Positions 29,045 to 37,982 of a stretch of 57,471 bases of DNA are shown in pieces. Each line of letters begins with the position of its first letter. Within the stretch, counting starts at the first letter, position 1. The translations under genes and the position numbers were made by a program. The DNA is from Campylobacterales bacterium (lineage in GTDB: Bacteria > Campylobacterota > Campylobacteria > Campylobacterales > Nautiliaceae), in NCBI GenBank assembly GCA_027019465.1, contig JALUWM010000069.1, positions 1-57,471 of the forward strand, given 5' to 3'. The notes beneath the pieces are model-generated. The model made no database searches, was not told the origin of the DNA, and saw nothing but the letters and a program-made list of their open reading frames with translations.

Positions 29045-30197
29045 CAAAATTCCTAATTTCTTCAAAAACTCTTAAAGCCTGAAAATGTTCGGCCACATCG
29101 TGACATCTAATAATACTTGCCCCATTCCTAACACTCTCTATATGAATTGCCAAAGTCCCAGGAAGCCTTTTAGCAGTAGGGATTTTTAATCCTTCTTTTT
29201 TCATAATCATATCTATCATAGATTTTCTACTAGCCCCCATTAAAATTTCATATCCAAAATGTAAAAAATGCTCAAGATGTTTAATAAGTGCAATATTATC
29301 TTCAAGTCTTTTGCCAAATCCTATTCCAACATCTAAAATAATATCTTTTATTCCAAAATCTTTTGCTTTTTGAATCCTATTTTCAAAAAATTCATCAACT
29401 TCTAAAATAACATTTTCATAAAAAGGATTTTTTTGCATATTTTTCGGATTTCCTTTTTTATGCATAATTACAACAGTTGCTCCGTATTTTGCCACGATTT
29501 TGGCATATTCATCATTCTCAAGTCCTGTAATATCATTTGCTATTTTAAATCCCCTCTCAAGTGCATACTCTAAAACTTCGGCTTTAAAAGTATCTATACT
29601 AAATATTGCCTTTTCATAAAGCCTGTTTTTATAAATTTCATCAATTATAGGCTTAACTCTTTTTAACTCTTCCGCGCTTCCCGGATACACACTGCCTGGT
29701 CTAGAAGAAACTCCGCCGATATCAATAATTTTTACCCCGTCACTTATCATTTTTTCTATCTCTTTTACAGCTTCAATTCCTCTAAATCTGCTACCTTCAA
29801 AAAAAGAATCATCATTTGCGTTAATTACACCCATAATTTTTAAAGAGAATTTAGGTAAATTAACAAATTTTTTTAAATGTTTTGCAAAATCTTTTAGCTT
29901 AAAAGGTTGAGTTAGTTCTTTTTTAGATAAAATTTCAAGCTGCTTTTGATTACAAAATAAAATTGCATCAAATTTTTCTTTTTTACAATTAGGAACTCCT
30001 ATGGGCACTGCAAGTTCAGCTCCTATACTTAAAGCATCTTGCTTTAAAATATTTGCCGCCCCACAGGTTATATCTTTTATATAAAAAATATAATTGGATG
30101 CTTTTTTTTTCATTATTTCAATACCAGGTTTATCAACTCCAAGTTTTTGCATAATTTTTGATATATTTGTATCAGGGTTTAATTTGAATATTCTCAT
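29037..30197 (-). CDS. folP: Dihydropteroate synthase with a ~118-aa N-terminal extension
   Basis: The pterin-binding domain starts near IMGVINANDDSFFEGS. The long N-terminal domain resembles the arrangement in H. pylori FolP. Confidence 0.9.
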   Translation of the reverse strand: MRIFKLNPDTNISKIMQKLGVDKPGIEIMKKKASNYIFYIKDITCGAANILKQDALSIGAELAVPIGVPNCKKEKFDAILFCNQKQLEILSKKELTQPFKLKDFAKHLKKFVNLPKFSLKIMGVINANDDSFFEGSRFRGIEAVKEIEKMISDGVKIIDIGGVSSRPGSVYPGSAEELKRVKPIIDEIYKNRLYEKAIFSIDTFKAEVLEYALERGFKIANDITGLENDEYAKIVAKYGATVVIMHKKGNPKNMQKNPFYENVILEVDEFFENRIQKAKDFGIKDIILDVGIGFGKRLEDNIALIKHLEHFLHFGYEILMGASRKSMIDMIMKKEGLKIPTAKRLPGTLAIHIESVRNGASIIRCHDVAEHFQALRVFEEIRNFDV

Positions 30198-30739
30198 TTT
30201 TTAACCTTTAAACTAAGCATCACAAGAGCCAAAACAGATTCCTTATCAAGATTTAATTCAAGCATTTTCATACTTTTTGTAATAATTTCCATCTGTTCTT
30301 CGTTTAGTTCCTTTTGCTTTACAATATCATATAAAAACTCTTTTATTTCTTCTTTTTCTTTTTTGGAATCTAAAATTTCCAAAATATATTCATTGGCAAT
30401 AGATTTTAATTTTTCAAAATTATCTTTTTTATAACTTCTTTTTTCTACAAAAACTCTTGAAAGAAGAGTATCAAGTAAAGAATGCTTGGAATTTGTAACA
30501 ATTAAAAAATCTATATTTTTTGGAGGTTCTTCTATTAATTTAAGTAAAGCATTTTGAGCATATATATTAAATTTTTCCGCCGCTATTACAATCAAACGTT
30601 TATTATTATCGGAAATATAAGCCTTTTGTTTTATAAAAGCAATATCATCAACTTTTAGTTCATCTCGTCTTACAATTTCCCAAGCTTTAATTGCTTTTAA
30701 AAATCTATCTATATCATTTGTAATAATAGCTTTACTCAA
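30194..30739 (-). CDS. holB: DNA polymerase III delta' subunit (short epsilonproteobacterial form)
   Basis: QNALLKLIEEPP and LSR motifs. Position matches H. pylori holB. Confidence 0.7.
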   Translation of the reverse strand: MSKAIITNDIDRFLKAIKAWEIVRRDELKVDDIAFIKQKAYISDNNKRLIVIAAEKFNIYAQNALLKLIEEPPKNIDFLIVTNSKHSLLDTLLSRVFVEKRSYKKDNFEKLKSIANEYILEILDSKKEKEEIKEFLYDIVKQKELNEEQMEIITKSMKMLELNLDKESVLALVMLSLKVKK

Positions 30740-31269
30740 ATTTCAATCTCTCCAAAAACAGCCGCATTTAAGCTTTTGTTAACTAAATCGGCTAAATTTA
30801 AGAGTTTATTATCCAAATAAATATCAGTAGATTTCAGATAAAAATTTTTAGATAAATCATTATCCATAATCCAATAAAAAGAATCAGGCTTTTTTCTTGC
30901 AAATTTAAGCATAGGAGTTTCCTGACCTATATACCAGAAAATATAATCATTAAAAGACACCTCAAGCATATCTTCTATCATATCATATTGCTCTGGATGT
31001 TTTGCTTCTTGCATTTGAGGAACAACATTTGCCAATGCATAAAAAGGAAAAAACTGAGGTTTAAATTCATTAAAATTATTAATTTTTGCCAAAAGATAAT
31101 CACCATACCATTTTCTTTTTTCATCGGTTATAATAAGAACACTTTTTGCATCAAGAATTTGATTTAAAAACACAGATAAAAGAGGAACAAAATCAAGTCT
31201 TCTCTCTTCCATCCATTTATAATTCTTTTTACGAATCAAATCCATAATAAAACGGTTTAAATCCATCAT
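30736..31269 (-). CDS. hobA: HobA-like DnaA-binding protein
   Basis: 177 aa between lysC and holB, exactly as H. pylori HobA. My recollection of the HobA sequence shows similar blocks, but this was not verified by alignment. Confidence 0.55.
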   Translation of the reverse strand: MMDLNRFIMDLIRKKNYKWMEERRLDFVPLLSVFLNQILDAKSVLIITDEKRKWYGDYLLAKINNFNEFKPQFFPFYALANVVPQMQEAKHPEQYDMIEDMLEVSFNDYIFWYIGQETPMLKFARKKPDSFYWIMDNDLSKNFYLKSTDIYLDNKLLNLADLVNKSLNAAVFGEIEI

Positions 31270-32474
31270 TTATCCAATTCGTAAGCTTTATGTAACGCTC
31301 TAACTGCCAATTCTCCATATTTTTCCGCAATAACCATAGAAATTTTAATTTCACTGGTAGAAATCATTAATATATTAATATTTTCTTTTGCCAAAGTTTC
31401 AAAAGCCTGGGCGGCAACTCCGCTGTGTGATTTCATACCCACACCCACAATACTCACTTTTGCAATATCACTGTCATATTCTATTACTTCTGAAGAGTTT
31501 TCATACTCTTTTAAAACTTTTTTAGTTATTTCAAGTTCTGTTGCAGGCACAGTAAAAGTTAAACTTGCTTTATTGTCTTTTCCTACATTTTGAACAATCA
31601 TATCTACATTTATATTTTCATCTGCAAGTTTTCCAAAAATTTCAGCACTAATTCCTGGTCTGTCTTCAACTCCAAAGACACTGACTCTTGCCTGGTTTTT
31701 ATCAAGAGCAATACCACTTACTAAAACTTTTTCCATAAATTTATTCTCCTTTATTATTAATGTCCCTTTTTTAAAAGGTTCAAAAGATGATTTAACTTCA
31801 ATATCAACATCTAATTTTTTTGCAAGTTCAACTGAACGGGACTGCATAACTTTTGCCCCAAGACTTGCAAGTTCAAGCATTTCATCATAACTTATCATAT
31901 TTATTTTTTTTGCGCTTGCTTCAATTCTAGGGTCCGTTGTATAAATTCCATCAACATCTGTATAAATTTCACATTTATCGGCTTTAAGCGCTCCGGCTAT
32001 TGCAACTGCCGTTAAATCACTTCCGCCTCTCCCTAATGTTGTAACATCTCCGTTTTCATTAATCCCCTGAAAACCCGCAACTATTACAACTTTACCCTCT
32101 TTTATATGCTTTTGCATTTTTTTAGGATTAATATTCATAATTCTGGCTTTCATATGGTCACTTGTAGTTACAATTCCAGCCTGTCTTCCTGTAAGAGCAA
32201 TAGCAGGTATTCCTTTTGATTGAAGTGCTATTGAAAGAAGTGCACTTGTAACTCTCTCGCCGCTACTAACTAATAAATCAACTTCTCTTTGGGGTGGAGT
32301 CTTTGTAAAATGAGCGGCATATTCAAGAAGTTTATTGGTCTCTCCAGCCATTGCCGATACAATAACTACAACATCCTCTCCATTTTCTTTATATTTTTTT
32401 ACAATATTTGCAACATTTTCTATTCTATCAAGTCCTCCGACACTTGTCCCTCCAAATTTTTGAACAACTAACAT
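31266..32474 (-). CDS. lysC: Aspartate kinase
   Basis: VQKFGGTS N-terminus and two C-terminal ACT domains. Confidence 0.95.
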   Translation of the reverse strand: MLVVQKFGGTSVGGLDRIENVANIVKKYKENGEDVVVIVSAMAGETNKLLEYAAHFTKTPPQREVDLLVSSGERVTSALLSIALQSKGIPAIALTGRQAGIVTTSDHMKARIMNINPKKMQKHIKEGKVVIVAGFQGINENGDVTTLGRGGSDLTAVAIAGALKADKCEIYTDVDGIYTTDPRIEASAKKINMISYDEMLELASLGAKVMQSRSVELAKKLDVDIEVKSSFEPFKKGTLIIKENKFMEKVLVSGIALDKNQARVSVFGVEDRPGISAEIFGKLADENINVDMIVQNVGKDNKASLTFTVPATELEITKKVLKEYENSSEVIEYDSDIAKVSIVGVGMKSHSGVAAQAFETLAKENINILMISTSEIKISMVIAEKYGELAVRALHKAYELDK

Positions 32475-32482
32475 ATTTCTCC

Positions 32483-32950
32483 TTATAAATATCCGTTTCG
32501 TTTAAAATACTCAATTACTTTTTTATAAACAGGTCTTTTAAATGATTTTACATATTTGAAAATATCTCCAAGTTTAACAAATTTATAATCATCAAATTCA
32601 GGTATTTCTGTTTTTAAATTAATTTTAGCCTCTTTTTTAAGTCTAACTAAAAAATATTTTTGTTTTTGTCCATCATACGGATACATTTTTTTTGCTATTA
32701 TTTTTGGAAAATCATAGCTAAGCCATTCTGGCATCTGGGCAATTATTTCTATTTTATCAGTTCCTATTTCTTCTTTTAATTCTCTAAAAAGAGCTTCTTT
32801 TGGACTTTCTTCCTCATCAATACCACCTTGTGGAAACTGCCAGGCATCTATATCATTTCTTTTTGCAACAAGAACCTCCACTTTTTCGGGATATTTAGGT
32901 GAAAGTATAACCGCAGCAACATTTGGTCTGTATTTTTTCAAAATTTTCAC
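32483..32950 (-). CDS. rppH: RNA pyrophosphohydrolase (Nudix)
   Basis: YRPNVAAV N-terminus and Nudix box [25 protein letters not shown] start, with a nearby TTG also possible. Confidence 0.85.
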   Translation of the reverse strand: MKILKKYRPNVAAVILSPKYPEKVEVLVAKRNDIDAWQFPQGGIDEEESPKEALFRELKEEIGTDKIEIIAQMPEWLSYDFPKIIAKKMYPYDGQKQKYFLVRLKKEAKINLKTEIPEFDDYKFVKLGDIFKYVKSFKRPVYKKVIEYFKRNGYL

Positions 32951-32978
32951 CTTTTTTTAGTAAAATTATAACTAAAAA

Positions 32979-33007
32979 ATGAAGAATGGAAAATGAAAAA
33001 TGAAAAA
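32979..33007 (+). repeat. Heptad array ATGAAGA-ATGGAAA-ATGAAAA-ATGAAAA(-ATA..)
   Basis: ATG at 32979, 32986, 32993 and 33000, an exact 7-nt period. Segment 32986-33014 is 27/29 identical to the minus-strand segment 37247-37219. Confidence 0.7.
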
Positions 33008-33056
33008 TAAAAACAAATCTAATATAAAAAAAAACAAAAATAATTTTACATTTTCT

Positions 33057-34115
33057 ATGAATAATTCGTCATTATTATATATTCACATTCCTTTTTGTGA
33101 TAGCAAATGTAATTATTGTGCTTTTAATTCATATACAAACTTGAATCATTTAAAAAAAAATTATTTTAAAGCAATAAAAAAGCAGTTTTTAAATGAGATT
33201 GAGAAATTTGATATAGAAGAATTTGAAACTGTTTTTATAGGAGGAGGAACGCCTTCAACAATGCCTATTTCTTTTTATGAAGACTTATTTAAATTACTTA
33301 ACCCATTTTTAAAAAATACCAAAGAAATAACAATAGAATCAAATCCAAACGCTTCTTTTAAGTGGCTTAAAAATATAAAAAATTTAGGAGTAAATAGAAT
33401 TAGCTTTGGAGTCCAAAGCTTTAATGATGGAAAACTAAAATTTTTAAATAGAAATCACTCTGCTAAAATAGCAACAGATACTATCAAAAATGCTAAAAAA
33501 GCGGGATTTGACAATATAAATATTGATATTATTTATGCAACGGCTGTGGATGATTATGAACTTTTACAAAATGATTTAAAAATTATGGATTCTCTGCCAA
33601 TAACCCACATAAGTGCCTACTCATTGATGATAGAAGAAAATACAAAATGGCAAGATGATTATTCTAAAAAAAAAGAAGACGAAGAACTTGAAATATGGTT
33701 TATTAAAGAAATTAAAAAAAGATTTGGGCAATATGAAATATCCAATTTTGGAATACCTTGCCTTCATAATCTGGGATATTGGGAACATAAAAAATATCTT
33801 GGAATAGGAGCAGGAGCTGTTGGATTTATTAAACGGAAAAATTTTAGATATTATACTCAAAAAAATGTTTATAAATATATTAAAAATCCAATAAGTTACA
33901 AATATGAATATTTAAGTCCTAATGATATAAAAACAGAGAAAATCCTTTTAGGACTTAGAAGTAAAACAGGATTTGATAAAAGCATATTAAATGAAAATGA
34001 ATTAAAAAGAGTAGAAATTTTAATATATGAAAAAAAATTGTATAAAAAAGAAAACAAAATCCACTCTTATGATTTTTTATTAGCAGATGCTTTGAGTGAA
34101 TATATTACTGAATAA
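33057..34115 (+). CDS. hemW: Radical SAM heme chaperone HemW (HemN-like)
   Basis: LYIHIPFCDSKCNYC radical-SAM motif. ATG 33057 gives a family-typical N-terminus. The in-frame ATG 33000 inside the heptad array cannot be excluded. Confidence 0.88.
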   Translation: MNNSSLLYIHIPFCDSKCNYCAFNSYTNLNHLKKNYFKAIKKQFLNEIEKFDIEEFETVFIGGGTPSTMPISFYEDLFKLLNPFLKNTKEITIESNPNASFKWLKNIKNLGVNRISFGVQSFNDGKLKFLNRNHSAKIATDTIKNAKKAGFDNINIDIIYATAVDDYELLQNDLKIMDSLPITHISAYSLMIEENTKWQDDYSKKKEDEELEIWFIKEIKKRFGQYEISNFGIPCLHNLGYWEHKKYLGIGAGAVGFIKRKNFRYYTQKNVYKYIKNPISYKYEYLSPNDIKTEKILLGLRSKTGFDKSILNENELKRVEILIYEKKLYKKENKIHSYDFLLADALSEYITE

Positions 34116-34826
34116 TTACCAAGGCACAATTTTATTCCAAAATTTAGCAAACCAACTTTGATTGGTATAATCGTTTATATCACCTTGTGATTTATAAGAT
34201 ATTTTTTCGTCCGATATATATTTTGAATCAATTGTATTATTTGCACTTATATCTTCAGGTCTAATAACACCGCTTATTTGTACAATTTGTTTTTCCCCGT
34301 TTAAAAGCATCTCTTTTGTACCATAAATATAATAATTTCCATTTTTAAGAACTTTTACAATTCTAGCACTTATAGTTGTATTAAATTGCTGTTTTGTATT
34401 TTGCGTTCCACTTCCATTAAATGTTCGATTTGAATTCATAGAAGGAAGATTTAGACTAAGACCTGTCTTTTTAAGAGCATAATTTTTACCTCCCACATTC
34501 ACTCCTCCACTTACACTTGCATCAAAAATACCTCCGTTATTTTGATTTGATTCACTAAGTTTTTTACTAGCTTGTGAAATTTGAGAAATATTTTCTGTAA
34601 TTACAACAGTTACTATATCATTTACTTTTTTAGCCTTAGTATCAGAAAAAAGATTATCGGAATTTTTAAAAAGTGAACCTGGATCATTGTTAATATTATC
34701 CGTTTCTTTGCTTGGCATCTCCTCTACATATTTTGGTGGAGTCATATTAAGAGTTGGATTTATATAATGACTTGAACATCCGCTAAAATATAAACCGAGT
34801 GCAGCAATAAAAATAACTCTTTTCAA
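34116..34826 (-). CDS. flgH: Flagellar L-ring protein
   Basis: Lipobox FSGCS and the FlgH pattern (DIVTVVI.EN). TTG start with AAGGA 5 nt upstream. Confidence 0.92.
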   Translation of the reverse strand: MKRVIFIAALGLYFSGCSSHYINPTLNMTPPKYVEEMPSKETDNINNDPGSLFKNSDNLFSDTKAKKVNDIVTVVITENISQISQASKKLSESNQNNGGIFDASVSGGVNVGGKNYALKKTGLSLNLPSMNSNRTFNGSGTQNTKQQFNTTISARIVKVLKNGNYYIYGTKEMLLNGEKQIVQISGVIRPEDISANNTIDSKYISDEKISYKSQGDINDYTNQSWFAKFWNKIVPW

Positions 34827-34857
34827 GATAATCCTTTTTTAAAATTCAAAGCAAAAA

Positions 34858-35628
34858 TTATTCCGCTTTGAATTTTAAAATTTCTTTTTGTATGTCTTCT
34901 TGTCTCATAAAATATTCACCTATCAAATATGCATCTACACCATTTTGATGAAGTTTTTTAATAATTTCAGGTGAACCTATTCCACTTTCTGCTACTATAA
35001 TTACATCTTTTGGAAGTTTTGGAATAAGTTTTTTACTTAAATCCATATCCATTTCAAATGTTTTTAAGTTTCTATGATTAAATCCTATAATCTCAGCTCC
35101 TGTTTCTAAAGCCTTTTGTAAATCTTCTTCATCGTGAATCTCAAATAAAACTTCAAGTCCTATATTTTTGGCAAATTTATAAAGTTTTTTAAGCTCATTA
35201 GTTTCAAGTGCTTTTGCTATTAATAAAACAAAATCAGCCCCTGCTGCGTAAGCTTCGGCTATTTGAAATTCATCAACTATAAAATCTTTTCTAAGAAGAG
35301 GAATTTTGCTAAATTTATTTATTTCTTTTAGATACTCTAATGAACCCAAGAAAAAATGCGGTTCCGTTAAAATACTCATAGCATCCGTTACTTCATTATA
35401 AATTTTAGCTATTTCAATAGGATTAAAATCTTGTCGTATAATTCCTTTACTAGGGCTTGCTTTTTTTACCTCAGCAATAATCCTGTAAGGATTATCAGGT
35501 GTTGATTTAAGAGCTTTTTTTACATCTCTAAAATCTCTTTTTACTTTTAAAAATTTTTCAAAATCATCATTATTTCTTCTTTTTTCTAAGTCTTCTTTTG
35601 TTTTTTTTATGATTTTTTTTAATATCAT
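34858..35628 (-). CDS. trpC: Indole-3-glycerol phosphate synthase
   Basis: IIAEVKKASPSKG motif. AAAGGTG RBS. Confidence 0.93.
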   Translation of the reverse strand: MILKKIIKKTKEDLEKRRNNDDFEKFLKVKRDFRDVKKALKSTPDNPYRIIAEVKKASPSKGIIRQDFNPIEIAKIYNEVTDAMSILTEPHFFLGSLEYLKEINKFSKIPLLRKDFIVDEFQIAEAYAAGADFVLLIAKALETNELKKLYKFAKNIGLEVLFEIHDEEDLQKALETGAEIIGFNHRNLKTFEMDMDLSKKLIPKLPKDVIIVAESGIGSPEIIKKLHQNGVDAYLIGEYFMRQEDIQKEILKFKAE

Positions 35629-36847
35629 TTAAACACCTTTTTATTCTTTTTTTATGTAATAAAACAGTTTCATCATCGCTGTCAACAGTTTTTATAATAT
35701 CCCAAGCTGTTTTACATTTATGAAGTTTATAATACCCCCATGCAAGAGAATCTATATAATCGGTATTTGAAGGATTTAAACTTATTGCCTTTTGAACATA
35801 TTTTAAGCCTTTTTCAGGATTAATATCTTTATCTATTAAGACATATCCCAAAAAATTATAAACAAAAGGGGTTTTTATATATTTTTTTATATATTCAAGT
35901 TTTTTGACTACTTCTTTTGCCGTTTTTTTATCCGGAGTGGCTTTATAAATAAATATTGTATATTTTAAAAGATATTTAACATCCTTTGTTTTAAGATACA
36001 AATTCAAAGCAACCAACGCCGCTTTTTTATACTCTTTTGTCTCTTCATAAATATACATTAGATACTCTTGATTTAAATGATGTTTTTTTACTATTCTGAT
36101 AGCATTTTTATAATCCCCTTCATCCATATAATAATTTAGGGCTAAAACATAATATTTTGGATCTAATATTCCTAATTTTTCATAAATATTTGCAAGATTT
36201 GGAATATCATAAACTTCTTTATAAATACGTGCTAATCTTAAGCAGACATCATAATCACAGCCGTATTCATTTAAATATGTTTGAAGATATGCTATTGCTT
36301 CATTATATCTTTTATTTTTCACCAAAACATCGCTTAAATTTAAAAGATTCTTTTTTGAAGGATTAAGAGCATAGCCGCTTTTAGCATATTCAAGTGCTTC
36401 TTTATATTTATGCTCTTTTGTTAGAATAAAAGCCATCATTGTATAAAAAAATTCACTTTTTTTGTTAAATTTTGTAAGAAGTTCATTTTTTGCTTCTTTT
36501 AATTTCTTTTTTTGTAACAATGCAAAAATTTTAATTTTAAAAACTTCGTCATTCCATTTCTCTTGTAAAAAATCATTTGATTTTTTAATGACTTCATTAT
36601 ATTTACCCAAATCATAAAGCATTGAAAGATATTTTCTAAAATAAACAGTTTTATCTGTTTTTTTATATAAAAAATTATATATATTTGCAGCTTGTTTATA
36701 ATCTCCACTTTGTTCATTTACTAAAGCTTTTACAATATAATCATCCTCTTTTGGAAATACCTTTTCTCCTATTTGCGGCTGTTTTACACTACATCCTGTT
36801 ATTAACAAAAAAATCAAAAAACCAATTTTATACTTTATATTTTTCAT
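35570..36847 (-). CDS. TPR-repeat lipoprotein with a polybasic C-terminal tail
   Basis: Lipobox LITGCS and multiple TPR-like repeats. The last 59 nt overlap the trpC start in another frame. Confidence 0.7.
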   Translation of the reverse strand: MKNIKYKIGFLIFLLITGCSVKQPQIGEKVFPKEDDYIVKALVNEQSGDYKQAANIYNFLYKKTDKTVYFRKYLSMLYDLGKYNEVIKKSNDFLQEKWNDEVFKIKIFALLQKKKLKEAKNELLTKFNKKSEFFYTMMAFILTKEHKYKEALEYAKSGYALNPSKKNLLNLSDVLVKNKRYNEAIAYLQTYLNEYGCDYDVCLRLARIYKEVYDIPNLANIYEKLGILDPKYYVLALNYYMDEGDYKNAIRIVKKHHLNQEYLMYIYEETKEYKKAALVALNLYLKTKDVKYLLKYTIFIYKATPDKKTAKEVVKKLEYIKKYIKTPFVYNFLGYVLIDKDINPEKGLKYVQKAISLNPSNTDYIDSLAWGYYKLHKCKTAWDIIKTVDSDDETVLLHKKRIKRCLNDIKKNHKKNKRRLRKKKK

Positions 36848-37233
36848 TTTTCATCCATTATTATGCCGGGGCACTCTTTTTTAAGCTCATTAATTTTGCT
36901 TTTATCCTTAAAATAATCCCAAAAAGGAAATGTCCTACACTGTTTTGGTCTAACAGGATAAATTTCACACCCCTTATCAAAAAAAATACAGGCAAATCCA
37001 TTTTTATAAGGTTTTTCTTTTATAGAAAATTTATAACCAACTTTAATTAAAAATTTTTTTATAAAAAATTCTTTATCCATTTTTAAAAATTTAGCTATCT
37101 CTTCAATTTCTTTAGGAGTTACCCATATATATCCGCTCTCTCCCGTGCAACAATTCCCCTCACACTCCCTACAGGCATCAGCATCAAATTTATAAGGAAA
37201 ATCTTCTTTTTCTATTATATTTTCATTTTTCAT
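36844..37233 (-). CDS. YkgJ-family cysteine-cluster (zinc/iron-chelating) protein
   Basis: CRECEGNCCTG motif, 129 aa. Confidence 0.8.
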   Translation of the reverse strand: MKNENIIEKEDFPYKFDADACRECEGNCCTGESGYIWVTPKEIEEIAKFLKMDKEFFIKKFLIKVGYKFSIKEKPYKNGFACIFFDKGCEIYPVRPKQCRTFPFWDYFKDKSKINELKKECPGIIMDEK

Positions 37234-37250
37234 TTTTCACTTTCCATTTA
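37219..37250 (-). repeat. Heptad array TAA-ATGGAAA-GTGAAAA-ATGAAAA-ATGAAAA overlapping the ykgJ-like start
   Basis: On the minus strand, start codons at 37247, 37240, 37233 and 37226 keep an exact 7-nt period. The array begins immediately after the methyltransferase stop. Confidence 0.7.
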
Positions 37251-37937
37251 AATTTTAATACTCTTAGTATTTGCTTTTTTATATATTTTATTAGCCTCTT
37301 TTGAAAAATCTTCTCCTTCAAATCCAATTAATGGAGGATGAATTTTTACTTCCGATTTTGCGTGTCTTTTTGCTCTAATTAAAACAAGTGTTGCATCTTT
37401 ATTAATTCTGGGATAAAAAAATCTTATATCGGTAATTTTTAAAGGTTTTGGGATTTTTAAAATTATATCATCTATTCTTTTTGCATCATAACAAAAAATA
37501 AATTCCCCTCTTTCTTTAAGAATCTTATTTACCTTTGTAAAAAACTCACTCATTGGCAAAAATTCTTCATATCTTGCAATTCTTTTAATGTCATTATTAC
37601 TTTTTAGCGTTCCATTATAAAATGGAGGATTAGAAATAATAAAATCAAATTTTTTATTAAAATCAAATTCCAAAAAATCTCCCCTAAAAATCTCAGCTTG
37701 TAAATTATTTTCTTTTAGATTATTCAAAATAAATTCAAACATAATTTCTTGTTTTTCAATTATATTTAAATTAATTTTAGGAAAATCTCTTTTTATTAAA
37801 AGCCCTAAAACACCACATCCACCGCCAACTTCTAATACATTACCTTTTATATTGAATTTAGATACAAAATCATACAAAAACATTGTGTCGGAATTATAAC
37901 AATATCCGTTTTTAGGTTGATAAAGTTTTATTTTCAC
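37248..37937 (-). CDS. SAM-dependent methyltransferase, TrmN6/YfiC-like (N6-adenine type NPPF motif)
   Basis: GGGCGVLG SAM motif and ISNPPFY. GTG start fused to AAGGAG, so the exact start is uncertain. Confidence 0.78.
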   Translation of the reverse strand: MKIKLYQPKNGYCYNSDTMFLYDFVSKFNIKGNVLEVGGGCGVLGLLIKRDFPKINLNIIEKQEIMFEFILNNLKENNLQAEIFRGDFLEFDFNKKFDFIISNPPFYNGTLKSNNDIKRIARYEEFLPMSEFFTKVNKILKERGEFIFCYDAKRIDDIILKIPKPLKITDIRFFYPRINKDATLVLIRAKRHAKSEVKIHPPLIGFEGEDFSKEANKIYKKANTKSIKI

Positions 37938-37982
37938 TCCTTAAATTTTAATGATATAATTTTATCAAAAAAAGGTCTTATT

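Noticed and set aside
33000-33056. 19-codon Lys/Asn-rich N-terminal extension of hemW.
   Set aside because: HemW-family proteins start a few residues before the LYIHIPFC motif. The extension is low-complexity and begins inside the heptad array. I kept it as an open possibility in the findings rather than as the annotated start.
35570-35628. 59-nt overlap between the TPR lipoprotein 3' end and the trpC 5' end as a possible frameshift or pseudogene signal.
   Set aside because: Both ORFs are full length with intact motifs. trpC has a good RBS (AAAGGTG) at its ATG. The overlap only adds a polybasic tail to the upstream protein, so it is most simply a late stop codon.
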